This document shows positions 1 through 12,829 of a DNA stretch of 64,000 nucleotides, piece by piece. The DNA comes from Eledone cirrhosa (Eukaryota). The stretch covers positions 50,902,001-50,966,000 of the forward strand of contig OZ024745.1 in NCBI GenBank assembly GCA_964016885.1, in the 5' to 3' direction. Made by a program: the position numbers and the translations under genes. Each line of letters opens with the position of its first letter. The stretch's first letter is position 1. The notes under the pieces are model-generated. The model was not told where the DNA came from and did not search any database. It saw only the letters and a list, made by a program, of their open reading frames with translations.

Positions 1-443
1 TAGAAAACATTTTTGACATTTATTTTACATGCTTTCTTTCCTCCTCTTTATTTCATTTGGTGACGTATTTTTGTATATATGTATCTGATTTTCTAAAAAA
101 AAAAAAATTCTTTGTCCCTCTTCCCTTTCGTTCTCTTTTTTTTTCCATTACTATATATGTTTCTTTACCCCAGATGCAACCTATCAAATTCTAACCAATT
201 TGGGTCTATTCATTTTTTCTTTTTCTCTTGGTTCTTTTTCTCTTGGTTCTCTCTTTTTATGGAACCCATCGATTAATCTATTATTCACTGCCCCTCTGCC
301 CCTCCCTCCATACACCTATCTATTTATCCCCCCTCACTATCTTTCTGCATCTCCCTCTTTCTATCCCTTTATACATCTACCAATCACCTCCTTACTTTCC
401 CTAATTACAATTTCCTGATTCCACTTCCAAAATCCCAGTTAAA

Positions 444-3400
444 ATGCCCGCCTACGCCCAGCCTTCCTCCATGCGGGATTTTGACCAGTGCTACTTATGC
501 GCCACGAACAACAGTTGCAAGAGAGAAAGGAACTGCTCCAACTGTGACAGTTTCATCCACCTTTCTGGCGTAAAACTTACTCGATGCGCACCGGAACCCC
601 AGCATCAGTGGCACTACTCACGACGCCTATCCCTCTCGACGCTACAGGTGGACAAATGTGCCCAACTTAATGTGGAACCAAACGTGCTCAGGTCGCACGA
701 GACCCTAGTGGCGCTCCCACGTCAGACAGTCGCGGGGAATCATCACCAGGATCCCCAAATCTACCCGGATTCTAGCAGCGAAGCGCTAGCGTCGTCTATT
801 GAACGATCACTTGACTCGGGCGGCCCACAAGACTGGAACAAACTGTTTAGCTTTACGACCTTCGAACTCGGGATCCCAATGGCAGTGAACCCGACGTCGA
901 GGGAGTTTTTAGCCCCTTCCCTGATTTGGAGGCTCAAGGGCAATACCACTTCCTTTTGTGACTCTTCGCCTTCGAGCATCTCGGCCTCTCGCGCAGTCCA
1001 CCGGCGCTGACTCAGCGCACGCAGCCCACTCCCGACTGTACGAATCATCTTCTCGACAGATTCAAAATTAAACGAATTGAGCGTGTCGTTTTGGCTGCGG
1101 TACTTGTGCTGGCCTCGAGCGACACTATACTCCGACCCTCACCGGATGTCCCAGAACCGCTCCGCCATAAACACCTCACCCCCAGCCGAAATCACGTACG
1201 TCCAAGCCCTGGCCCGTAACCTTTCCTTGGCTGCATCAATTGAGGACGTATTAACTGCTCTGAGATCCTTTTCAGGGAGCAGCAGTGGAGGAGTGGACGG
1301 CCTGCGACCCGGTCACCACAGGGACTTTATCTCGCCAAACACTGCTGAGGCAGGAGCCCACCTGCTTCAATCAACCACCGCTCTCACCAACAGTTTCTCC
1401 GCGCCAACCTGCCCTTCCATGCCCGTGATCATTTCTTCTCAGCCAACCTAACTGTTTTGAGGAAGAAAGATGGAGGCGTCCGCCCTATCGCAGTGGGCAA
1501 CCAAGATAGCTTGCAAGTCATTCAAAGATGACCTGAGCGTTAAGCCCTGTCCAGTTCGGAGTGGTAGTAAAGTGTGGATGTGAGGTGGCTGCGCTTGCGG
1601 CCAGACACTTTATAAAGCACATGCCTTCTTCGTCGCCTCGCTTCCTAGTGAAGCTGACATGAGAAACGCTTTCAATAGTGTTAGGCGGGATCACGTCTTA
1701 GAGACGTGTCTTAAATAAACCCCTTCGATATTCCCTCTTCCTCAACCCTTGCACGAAACAACTAACAAAGCATGGTCACTGACAACACAGTCACCTTTGC
1801 TACGGGTGTCTAGCAAGGTGACCCACATAGTCCGCGCCTCTTTGCTCTGGCTGTCGATAACGTTAACCGCTCTGCCCGGTTGCCCTTCAACGTCTGGTAT
1901 CTGGACGAAGTGACCCTGTGTGGCTCGGCTGAGTCGGTAATTGAGGACATTCGGCAAATCTTCCTAGCTAAAACCTCCTCGGACTCAAGGTCAACCAATC
2001 CAAGTCCGAGGTGATAAAGGTTAGCTACGGTGTGGCCGGATTCCATCCTTGTTTGGAGCTGGGATAACGCCCAAAGAGGCTGCCTGCTTTTTCGGCTCTC
2101 CAATTCTCTCGAAAGCCATAAGGGAGTGCCTGGAGACCAAGCACGCAGACCTGTTGAGGATGACAGAAGGGTTGCGCCTCATTGACGCGCATCCGGCTCT
2201 TCCTCCTGAAGAATTGCTTTGCCCTTCTTAAATTTTTCTTCACGCTGTGAGGGGTGCCGTGTTAATCTCTCGCAGATCGCCTTAGTGAACTCGATGCTAC
2301 CATCTGGCGCTGTGCGAAACTCATCTGCAATGTCAGTTTCGATAGCACCGGTTGGCAACAAGCGAAGCTCCCTGTGAGGTTCGGTGGCCTCGGCCTCCGA
2401 TCTGCATCAGATCTGGCAGTACCGGCCTACCTCTCCTCAATATCCTCTATTCGCACCCTCATCAGAGAGATCCTCAGCAAGGTGACAGAACACGGCGTGA
2501 CCCACAACTAGAGCAGGCTCTGGTCGACTGGACCAGCGAAGGTCTTTCCGTACTCCAATATACAAGTATCCAACGTAACTGGGACGACATCAAATGAAGG
2601 TCTACCTTCGGGAATATCGAGTTTGACTTAGACCAACACCGCCTCGTCTCCAAACAGCGGTGTGTGGCTCAATTCAGTGCTTTCTTCGTCAACCGGTATC
2701 CTTCTTGATAACGAATGCTCTCGCATCGAAGTAGTTCAACACCTCGGCCTCCACGTGTGAACCACATAAATGCCGTTGTAGGGCTGTCATAAATGATTTC
2801 GGCCTGCACCAATTATTATACCGCCAGAGCGCGGGCCGGTTCCACCGACATAATGAGAAGGGGCTTCGACGCAGCAAGCTTCCCGTCAACTGGACCCAGT
2901 AGGCCTCCATCACGGTGACGGCAAACGCCCTGACGGAATTACCCTCTTCCCTTTTGGAAGTAAATCGCTTATCTGAGACGTGACATACTGTGACACGTTC
3001 TCCGCCTCCAATTAGTTGCTGTTTCCTCTTTGCACTGGTCGCTGTCGAGACCTCAAGTGTTATCTGACCCCGTACAATTGACCTGCTCTGTAAAATCGGA
3101 TCGAAGCAACCCGTCTGAGGAAGGAGCCCTGCGAGGTGGGGGGACTGTTGCAGCATGTGTCGCTGGCTATTGTTCACGGAAATGCCTTTGCCCTTTTGCC
3201 TGGGGGTGCAGCCGAAACACCGTTCTGATGTAGGTACTGAGTCTGTTACCCTCTCCCCTCCCCTTTGTTTCTTTCTTCCTTTGTCTAGTAGTCCTTGCTC
3301 TTCACTGCTTTTCGTCCCATTTATGTCATTTATAGTCCTTTCTAATACAGCTCTCTTTTTCTGTATATTTATATAATTGTACCAGTTATTAGAAGATAAC

Positions 3401-3468
3401 TGCGTGATCGAGTGTTTAAAAATATATCGAACGCCGCTTTAGCTGAAGCAAAAAGTAAAATAAATAGA

Positions 3469-3511
<43 letters not shown>

Positions 3512-3517
3512 AAAAAT
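444..3517 (+). mobile_element. Degenerate CRE-clade (RLE-type) non-LTR retrotransposon with (TAAA)n tail
   Basis: Frameshifted fragments show the RT motifs SGGVDGLRPGH, KKDGGVRPIAVG, NAFNSVRRD and FNVWYLDE, and the RLE motif GKRPDGITLFP near 2920. A (taaa)n tail lies at ~3465-3515. Confidence 0.8.
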
Positions 3518-4574
3518 GCTAAAGATAAATAATATAAGTCATTTCAAGAAATGTTCCATTGTTTCTCATCGTCACTGCCCTCACAGCTAACATTTTATTG
3601 CAATGTAAAGGTGATAAGGTAGGGTGCGTCATAGTGATTTTAGTTGTTGGTTGATCAGTTTTATATAGTGTATTTAAGGCAAGCCTGCTTCGAGGCACAC
3701 ATTCTATACACACAAGAGGAATTAAATATGGAATAGAAAGCTAATGGAAAACTTCTCTCTAGATCTTCCATTGTTAGTAACTGTTAGGTATCTATTGGCA
3801 ACGCGATAGACTGAAACAGCACACATTAAGCGTGTTGACCATACGTCCGGTAGAGTGACGCACTACCTATACAGCTTTCTGCGCCTTTACAAATTCCTGG
3901 TTCCTATTATGAAGTGTCGTCTGTACTTGTATACAATTGATATGCTTGTCATTTGATTCTATATTGACGTCATGAACGTAGAACTAGCACCATTGTTCGA
4001 ACTTTGGAATATTGAATACAATTTGACTATTAAATAATAGGAATAGTCGCTCGAAGATTAAGGTCCTCTTTCACTACATTTTCTTGTTAATTTATGAAAG
4101 AATTTCTATATATGTTTTCCTGAAGCTAAAGTGAAAGAATACTACTTATAGATCTGGCGTTTAAATTATTTAATAATATCTAAATTCAGATTTCTGAGCT
4201 TTACGGACTGCGTGTGTTTGCGAAGTTTATGCATAAAAAATTATGTGTGTGTGTACGTTTAATGTCAGGTTGTATTTTAATATAAAATCAACAATTGCTA
4301 TACTTCCAATTTGGATTTCTTAGTGGTTCGTCCTTTTCATCGGTCATGTAAATGTGAAGTTTTACTTTTGTGAAAATAAAGAGCTACGCAGATTCCATGA
4401 GGCGCACTGGTTGAAAACTAATTCCTTTTATTATTAAAAGTAGTTATTCTCAGAATTATTCGTAGAACAAAGGGATTGTTTAGTAAATTATTACTGACGT
4501 CAATACAACAGTCAATGGAAATATTTGAAATGAAACCAGATATTGAACATATTGTCAGGATATATATTCATAAT

Positions 4575-4703
4575 GGTTTCTATTTTAGGCACAAGGCCAG
4601 CAATTACCCAGTACATTACTGGTACTTTATTTTATCGACCCCGTAAGGATGAAAGGCAAAGTTAACCTCGGCGGGATTTGAATTCAGATCATAAAGGGAC
4701 GTA
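4575..4703 (-). mobile_element. tRNA-derived SINE, 5'-truncated copy
   Basis: Same sequence as the many other copies in the window (cacaaggccagcaattacccagt...gaccccgtaaggatgaaaggcaaag...gggatttgaa); B box GTTCAAATCC-like on the minus strand. Confidence 0.85.
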
Positions 4704-5052
4704 TAATTATTTCTATATGTATTTTTATTGGTCAAGAGTATTTGTAAATAAATGGTGTATTACATTTCAATTCAGTGTATTTAAAGAATTTAAATGAATC
4801 AACATCTTTCTGGCCCAGAATCCTCACTCTGACTCATGGATAACATATTGGTATTTAGCTATTGACATTACATATCATGCAACTCCTAACACCCCACATA
4901 CTATGTAACTAGCTTTAACTAGGAAATATATTCATCCGGCTAATTCCGACACGGTAACCAAGCCACTCACAGTTTCTATAATAACCAGTTCAAATTGAAC
5001 TGTTGAATTACTCTCATTCAATAACAATTGACAAATATTATATTAATATCAT

Positions 5053-5224
5053 TGGCAGTATCGGTAGAGGCTCGGACGTCAGACGCATAGAATTACGGCG
5101 CTTTCCATTCTCAGTTCAAATCCCGCCGAGGTCAACTTTGTCTTTCATCCTTACGGGGTCGATAACATAAAGTACCAGTAATGTACTGAGTAATTGCTGG
5201 CCTTGTGCCAAAAGTAGAAACAAT
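5053..5224 (+). mobile_element. tRNA-derived SINE with 16-bp TSD
   Basis: A box TGGCAGTATCGG and B box GTTCAAATCC. The TSD attatattaatatcat is at 5037-5052 and 5223-5238. Confidence 0.9.
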
Positions 5225-5700
5225 TATATTAATATCATATATGTATAATAAAGTTAATATTTTGGAATTTTTGTAATCAGAAAAATCCATTAAGGGGTAA
5301 ATATCTTTACTGACACAAGAAGACAGAGAAATGGATGATTTAGCAGTCGTCTATCTATATACACATTTATGTGAATGTTTTATATGCGATAGAATGTGGA
5401 ACAAACACACTCGAACATCGGCTCGATTTGTAGCATACTATATTTAAGCCCTTCTGATTACCCTGTCCTCTTAAACAATGAATGTTTCAAGGAGAATGTG
5501 ATTAGATTTTCTTATATTCAGCACTTTTTCTTATCTGAGGAATCCGGGATAAAATTGATTTCCTACCAGGATGTAATAAATTAAGTCAATACTTTAAAAC
5601 GTAATTTTTAATTTCCTGTCATTTGAAAAACTCTCTTTTTTTTATCGTTTAATTCTTTCCATACAAGCTCAAACAACTATCATTTTTATCTTAAGATTTT

Positions 5701-5783
<83 letters not shown>

Positions 5784-5870
5784 ATAATAATAAATTTGAA
5801 GACTAAAATCCAAAGAAGGTTCGATAAGGATAAATATATATCAAATATATAAGAACCCTAGAGCAAATAT

Positions 5871-8800
5871 TTATTAAAATAACAGATTAAAGTTTAAGCA
5901 AAGAATCGCTGCTTTCACCTTTAACGGGATCTTCTGAAGCTATAAAATCAATCCGTGAACGCAGAAGTAAATATTTCGAAAAACGTTGCAACCGAAGGAA
6001 AACAGGAAGACGATACTTTGGTTCGTGGAGACGTTCTCTGTCAATGAACGGAAAAAAGCGAAGATAATACGACATTATGAAATCGTAGACTAATATTCTA
6101 TTTAGGTGGTTCGTGGAGACGTTCCTTGGCAATGAACGAAAAAAAAAAGCCAACATAATACGTCATTATGTGAAGTGACGAGAACAATTACACGCAAAGA
6201 TAAAACCACGTTTATGGTATAAATGAAGTCGTAGACTAATATTCTATTTAGGAAACCGAATGATTCTCGGCTTCAGAGTTACGAATAATGTAAATAAATT
6301 ACAGAGGTTATTGAAATCAACAATAATTAACTATATACATACACGCATCCATATACGAACATACCTATGCATACGCGAAAACACCCGCCATGGTATGCAT
6401 ATACAAGCACGTACTCAAAAACATGCGCACACATACAAAACCCGCGCAACACCTGTACCCGCACACATACGAACGTATACACTAAATACACAAAAATATA
6501 TATTAAAAAAAAATATATATATATATATATATGTGAGTTTGTGTGTGTGCGTGTATACATATAATTATATAAACGTATATAAATATACACACATAATACG
6601 TATATAACGCACGCACACACATACCTACAGGTAAACACACATATGTTCGCTAAACATACGTCAACCAAAACACAAAGTACACATATATAAACCCTACATA
6701 CGTGCAAACTCGCATACATACACAAACGTAAAATACACGTATACACATAACCATATACACATGTACCAGTATATATATAATATAATATATACACCTATAA
6801 CAAATACAAGCAAATATACGTACGAGAAAATATACGTACCTTCACAGAACATGTATTCTCCTTGTATACAAATAAGTAATGATATAAACATAAATATATA
6901 TTTAGCTACCACATCAAGACGTAAATTATCCGCGTATTGTTCGTACTATCCGTTAGGGTATAATGTGGGGCTGTAATACAGGAAAGTTTTATGCAATTTA
7001 TGTTTACAAGCCGAAATTGCCTCAGATTTTTTGTTTAAGATGTGGTCATTAGCGTAGAGTATTTCCAGCGCTTCAGCGGCGCAGAGGTCGCATGGTCTTT
7101 TATTTCCGTTATACGATCTAGTCTTAGCTAGGATCTCCCAGTGTAACCTATATTGGGTGTGGTCGTCTTTTAGACTCCAGATATAAGCTGAAAGTGACGT
7201 CATATTCCTTCTTAAAAGGTTAAGAAAAGAATGGGTATGCATGTAAAGACGCTGCTTGAATCTAAGGCGGTTAACCCTATGTAGGCCCTACGAGATGTGG
7301 GTGTTTCAACCTTACATTTGTAGACAATGTCACTGGAGAGGCATTTCCCGGTTAGGGGGCAGTCAACCCGATTCCTAGAATTACAGTTAGTACTAGCTAC
7401 AGGGTTGCACGTGTTCATACTAGGTAATTTAGCTAAATTTGAAGCAGTGATGTTATGTGCAAGGTTAGGAGTTGTAGAGTAAGAAATTTTAACGGTATTT
7501 CTATTAAAAATGTTATTATATTTATGTGCTGGGGGGGAAATACCTCTTAATAAGGGAGATAAAGATCTTAGCTAATGGTGTGGCCACATCTATATTATAT
7601 GGTGGGTTATACCATATAATTGTTTCTACTTTAGGCACAAGGCCAGCAATTACCCAGTGCATTACTGGTACTTTATTTTATCGACCCCGTAAGGATGAAA
7701 GGCAAAGTCAACCTCAGCGGGATTTGAACTCAGATCGTAAAGGGACGTAACTATGCTGGAAAGCATGGCGTCCGACCCTCTACCGATACTGCCAATCCAC
7801 CACCATATAATGCGTCGGGATATATTTTTCCTAGGTCTATGCTCATACTCAGTATATGCTACCTTATCGACAAATCCACTCCGGGCAAGAGCTTTATTGT
7901 AATATGTGGAATAGTCGTTGAAAATATGCTCGTTTGTAGATAGACGGGAAAGCCTCAAAGAAACGTTTTTTACCAGGTTCTTGGTTATCCTGGCAGGATG
8001 GTTAGAATGCTTACTTATGTAAGGTAGTGCAAGCCATATGACAAATTGAGAGTAACGTCGATGTAATTAACGACCGAGAGGTTGGCCTCAACCTGTATGG
8101 AGATGTTGAAGCCTTTAAAGAAGGCTGTGAGTTCTTTTCTGAACCTGTCGAAAGCGCGTGGGCCGCACATTGTCATGGTCAAAAGACCGTCATCACGGTA
8201 CAAACCACCGCCCACATTGGGGAATTCTCCCTTGATAGAGAAAAGAAGGAAAAGGCCGATAAGATCAGGAACCTCCGCGGAATCGCTGGCGCCCATACTC
8301 ACGTCCAATGGGGTACTATTAGATTTTTTAATCCAAATAGAGTCGTCGAAATTAATCACCGACTTACGAGCATTAAGGATGACATCGGTCGTTAATTACC
8401 TCGACGTTCCTCTCAATTTGTTACTCTCATTATTCGTAACTCTGAAGCCGAGAATCATTCGGTTTCCTAAATAGAATATTAGTCTACGACTTCATTTATA
8501 CCATAAACGTGGTTTTATCTTTGCGTGTAATTGTTCTCGTCACTTCACATAATGACGTATTATCTTCGCTTTTTTTCCGTTCATTGCCAGGGAACGTCTC
8601 CACGAACCACCTAAATAGAATATTAGTCTACGATTTCGTTTATACCATAAACGTGATTTTGTCTTTGTGTGTAATTGTTCTCACCACTCCAAATAATGAC
8701 GTATTATCTTCGCTTTTTCCCGTTCATTGCCAGGGAACGTCTCCACGAACCAAAGTATCGTCTTCCTTTTTTCCTTCGGTTGCAACGTTTTTCGTAATAT

Positions 8801-8900
8801 TTACTTCTGCGTTCACGGATTGATTTTATAGCTTCAGAAGATCCCGTTAAGGATGAAAGCAGCGATTCTTTGCTTAAACTTTAATCTGTTATTTTAATAA
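5871..8900 (-). mobile_element. Penelope-like element (RT + GIY-YIG remnants) bounded by inverted pseudo-LTRs
   Basis: RT motifs MGASDSAEVPDLIGLFLL and GGLYRDDGL; linker IIWYNPPY...IFNRNTVKISYS; GIY-YIG region CPLTGKCL...IVYKC...AYIGLT...CDLC. 5871-6290 is the reverse complement of ~8428-8900. Confidence 0.9.
7621..7801 (-). mobile_element. Full-length SINE inserted in the Penelope ORF
   Basis: TSD accatataat at 7611-7620 and 7802-7811. Removing the SINE restores RRIIW|YNPPY. Confidence 0.9.
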
Positions 8901-9050
8901 ATAAATATATATATATATAATCAGTCGCCAGAAAAACGATTGTAATATGTCTAATAAATTTTATTCGTCACAACATTGATTCTCCGTTTCTTATGTGATA
9001 TATCGCCTTATAATATATAACCAGCAATTTCTCTGTCTGTCCGACAGTGG

Positions 9051-9280
9051 AAACACGTGCGCGCGTGCGAATGTTTTTTGCGCACGCGTAGAGAGAGAGT
9101 GAGAGTGAAAGAAAGAGACAGACTACGAGAGGGGGATAGCGGGAGGGAGAGAGAGAGAGAGTGAATAGACGCTAAAACACGTGCGCGCGTGCGAATGTTT
9201 TTTGAGCACGCGTAGAGAGAGAGTGAGAGTGAAAGAAAGAGACAGACTACAAGAGGGGGATAGCGGGAGGGAGAGAGGGG
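9051..9280. repeat. Two tandem copies of a ~124-bp unit
   Basis: aaacacgtgcgcgcgtgcgaatgtttttt...gaaagaaagagacagactac begins at ~9051 and ~9175. Confidence 0.85.
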
Positions 9281-9296
9281 GGAATTGAGGAGTGCT

Positions 9297-9575
9297 ACAG
9301 AAACATATATACATTTCTGTGTGAGTGTAATATATATATATATACACACACAGAAATATATATATATACACACAGAAATATATATACATTTCTGTGTGTG
9401 TAATATATATATATATACACACAGAAATATATATACATTTCTGTGTGTGTAATATATATATATATATACACACACAGAAATATATATACATTTCTGTGTG
9501 TGTAATATATATATATATATACACACACAGAAATATATATACATTTCTGTGTGTGTAATATATATATATATATAT
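9297..9575. repeat. Palindromic ~50-bp minisatellite
   Basis: Repeated cacacagaaat-atatatac-atttctgtgtg hairpin units separated by (TA)n. Confidence 0.85.
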
Positions 9576-9612
9576 ACTAGCAGAAAACCACCCGTGGGCG
9601 GTTTTCTGCTAA

Positions 9613-11067
9613 TCTATATATATAAAACTGAGGATGTCTGTCTGTGTGTGTGTGAGTTCGAATCCCTAAAACTCGAGAACCACCCAACCGACTGTTTTCA
9701 AACTTTACACATGTAATACTTATGTTTCAGGGAGTGTTCTGAGCAAAAACAATTTCAAATTTCCAATGCCCTAGGGACTGCATTAGGTGAGTTAGCGATA
9801 TCGCTCTATAATTCTTAGTCTTTCTCTTTTTAGATAGATACATACATATAACGCGCGCCCTTATATCATCTGTCTGTATATCTGACTGTCTGCATTACGT
9901 CAGCAATCCTAAGCTTAGCTAAGGAGGTTATATATTTCACACAACACTAAAAATGAAAGCCGGTAACTATATATTAGTCAGTCTCTTCTTCATACCGTGA
10001 GCAAAGCAAATCCAACTTTTAGTGGAGCGAGTGAAATAAAGTCGACCCTGCTGCGATTCAAAAATCTGGTTTGCAGGTTATATATTTCACACAACACTAA
10101 ACATTAAAGCCGGTAAAGAAAAACATCGCTGTAGTAGCTTCAGTTTGTTTACTTACGTGCCTTTACGGGAACAAACGTTACTATTTTACGGCTTAGTATT
10201 GTAGAGAAGCACCAAACCGACTGTTTTCAAACTTTACACATCTAATACTTATGTTTCAGGGAGTCTTTCTGAGCAAAAAAATATTTAAAATTTTCAATGC
10301 CCTAGGGACCGCATGAGGCGATTTAGCGATCTCGCTCTATAATTCTTAGTCTTTCTCTTTTTAGACCAGATACATACATATAACGTCGCGCCCTTATAAT
10401 ATCTGTCTGTATGTCTGACTGTCTGCATTACGTCACTTCCCTGAGGATGTCTGTCTGTGTGTGTGTGTGTCTGTGAGTTTGAATCCCTAAAACTCGAGAA
10501 GTACCCTACCGATTTTTTTCAAACTTTACATGTGTATTACTTATGTTTCAGGTAGTGTTATGCACTTCAACTTTTTTTTTATCTACTAGGGCCCGCATTA
10601 GGTGAAAAATTGCGTTTTTAAAGATTTTTAGGGTTTTTTTGAGGCGTTACGTCAGACCGATTTCCTTGAAATTGTAACTATGTATTAGTCAGCCTCTTCT
10701 TCATACCGTAAGCAAAGAAAACCCAACTTTCTTATGGCCTAGGGCCCGCATTAGGTGAAAAACTTCATTTTTTTTAGCTTCTTAGGGCCTTTTGGAGGCG
10801 TTACGTCTAGCCGATTTTCCCGAAATTTCAAGGCATATTATGCACATAAAAAAATTCATTTTCTTGATCCCCTAGGGCCCGCATTAGGTGAAAACCTACA
10901 TTTTTCCTGCTTCATCGAAGAAAATCTTAAAGATTATCCAGCCATCAGATTATTCGGTTTATTTTCTTTACATATTGTCCAGGCATGCAGTTTTTCCACG
11001 ATTAGGTCTGTTGGCGGCCCGCGTTCCAAAATATCTTATCACGTGCAACGCCGGGTACCGCTGCTAG
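9613..11067 (+). mobile_element. Non-autonomous Helitron with internal duplications
   Basis: 5' end A|TCTATATATATAAAA, 3' end CTAG|T preceded by a GC-rich segment (cacgtgcaacgccggg), no TSD. The 5' block 9628-9900 recurs at ~10215-10435 and ~10441-10600. Confidence 0.8.
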
Positions 11068-11270
11068 TATATATATATATTCGTCAAATAGGACCGAGGA
11101 AACAATGTTTGCGTTGGTCTTTACAATTGCTAATACTATCTATCGGCCACAACTCCATGTAGAAGGAGCAACGTGAAATAAAGTGTCTTGCTCAAGCAAA
11201 CAAAAATAACAAGCGACACAGTACAATGAAGAAATATATTATTAATTTTACGCTTGATATAGTAGGAAAA

Positions 11271-11310
11271 CTGTCTTAACGTTTCGAACGCTAGTCTTTC
11301 ATCAGAAAAT
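11271..11310 (-). ncRNA. Minimal hammerhead ribozyme motif (degenerate)
   Basis: Minus strand reads CTGATGA-aagactagcgttc-GAAA-cg-TTA, the minimal PLE-type layout; stems I and II are weak. Confidence 0.5.
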
Positions 11311-11369
11311 GAATGATAAATTAAAGAAGAAATAGAAAGATTGAGGAGACGGGCAGGGCGTATATTTAT

Positions 11370-12435
11370 CATCATCATCATCATCATCAACGTTTAACGT
11401 CCGTGTTCCACGCTTGCATGGGTTTGGACGGGGGTTTTCCCACTTGAGGCAAGAGTGATTGTCTTGCTCGCATAGGACTGTCTGGCAGGTTTTCTACAGT
11501 TGGATGCCCTTCCTAACACCAACCACATTTACAGTGTGGGTCTGGGAGGTTTTTACCGTGTTGCCTACACGGCCACATTACAGCATGGACTGCGTGTTTT
11601 TTTGTCGTGACACCTACACGATCTCATTTGTTTCGGCCTGGATGGTGTGGCACCAACATAACTTTACATAGAAGGGGGCGGTGTGGATGGGGTGGGGGTG
11701 GTGGGACGGGGGTGTATTTTGTTAGAGATGCCTACTGACTGTAGTAGGTTTTACTTTGTATTTAGGTAAGGCGGGTCTTCTCTATTACTGAGTACCGCCA
11801 AAGGTCTCAGTCCAGTGACATTGTCTTGGTGAGGTGTAAGTGTGTGAGGTCGGAGTTTATCAGCTCGTCCCAGGTTTTTCTGGGTCTGCCTATTCCGTGG
11901 CTACCGTCTATCTTTATTGCCCTGCACTTTGTTATACAGCTATCGTCCTTCATGCGCATCACGTGACCATACCAACGTAGCCTTCTCTCTAGTAAACAAC
12001 ATCTGATCCCTCTTATTTCTAATTTTTTCCTTAGTTCGTTTATGCTTTGTCGTTCACGTATATTACTATTACACATCCAGCGGAGCATGCAAGCTTCGTT
12101 TCTCTCTAGTCTGCGTATATCCTCTGCACACAATGCCCAGGTCTCACTGCCATGCAACATTGCTGTTCGTATGCAGGCATCGTACAACCTGCCTTTCATT
12201 TTTAGGGAGAACCCTTTAGCGGCTAATAGTGGTATAAGCTCTCTGAACTTTTTCCACCCAGTTCTGACTCTAGCTACTGTACTTTCAGAGCACCCTCCCC
12301 CACTGCTGATTTTGTCACCCAGGTAACGGAAGCTGTCCACTATTTCTATAGAACCCTCTGCGCAGTTGAAAGAGCTAGTATTTTGTGGGCACTTGCTGCT
12401 ACTTATTGCCCCAGAACACCGGCCACATGTAAAAT
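11370..12435 (-). mobile_element. RTE-clade LINE 3' portion with (GAT)n tail
   Basis: ORF DSFRYLG...LYDACIRTAMLHGSETW...RRLRWYGHVMRM...GRPRKTW; 3' end ccatgcaagcgtgg...(gat)n. Confidence 0.92.
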
Positions 12436-12440
12436 CTCTC

Positions 12441-12473
<33 letters not shown>

Positions 12474-12615
12474 TATTATTATTATTATTATTATTATACA
12501 GCCATTCTAGGCACTACACACATTTTAAGAAAAGTATTATCTGTCTGAGGTCCTTGTTGTGACTTGACATGATTGACTATTCTGATCCATCTACACTGTG
12601 TGACAAAGAAATAAT

Positions 12616-12803
12616 TGTTTCTACTATTGGCACAAGGCCAACAATTAACCAGTACATTACTGGTACTTTATTTTATCAACCCCGTAAGGATGAAAGGCAA
12701 AGTTAACCTCGGCGGGATTTGAACTCAGAATGGCAAGGGCTGTAACTCTATACGTCAAAGCATGGCGTCCGACCCTCTACCGATACTGCCAATCCACCAC
12801 CCT
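12616..12803 (-). mobile_element. tRNA-derived SINE with ~19-bp TSD
   Basis: TSD tgtgtgacaaag(a/t)aataat at 12597-12615 and 12804-12822. Confidence 0.9.
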
Positions 12804-12829
12804 TGTGTGACAAAGTAATAATGATATTA

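Noticed and set aside
5530-5586. HHR-like CTGAGGA-atcc...ggat-GTAA
   Set aside because: GAAA is absent and stem III is unconvincing; at most a decayed motif.
8830-8875. HHR-like CAGAAGA...GAAA in the inverted pLTR (mirror copy at ~5900-5940)
   Set aside because: The core is altered and no clear stem III, UH site or stem I could be built.
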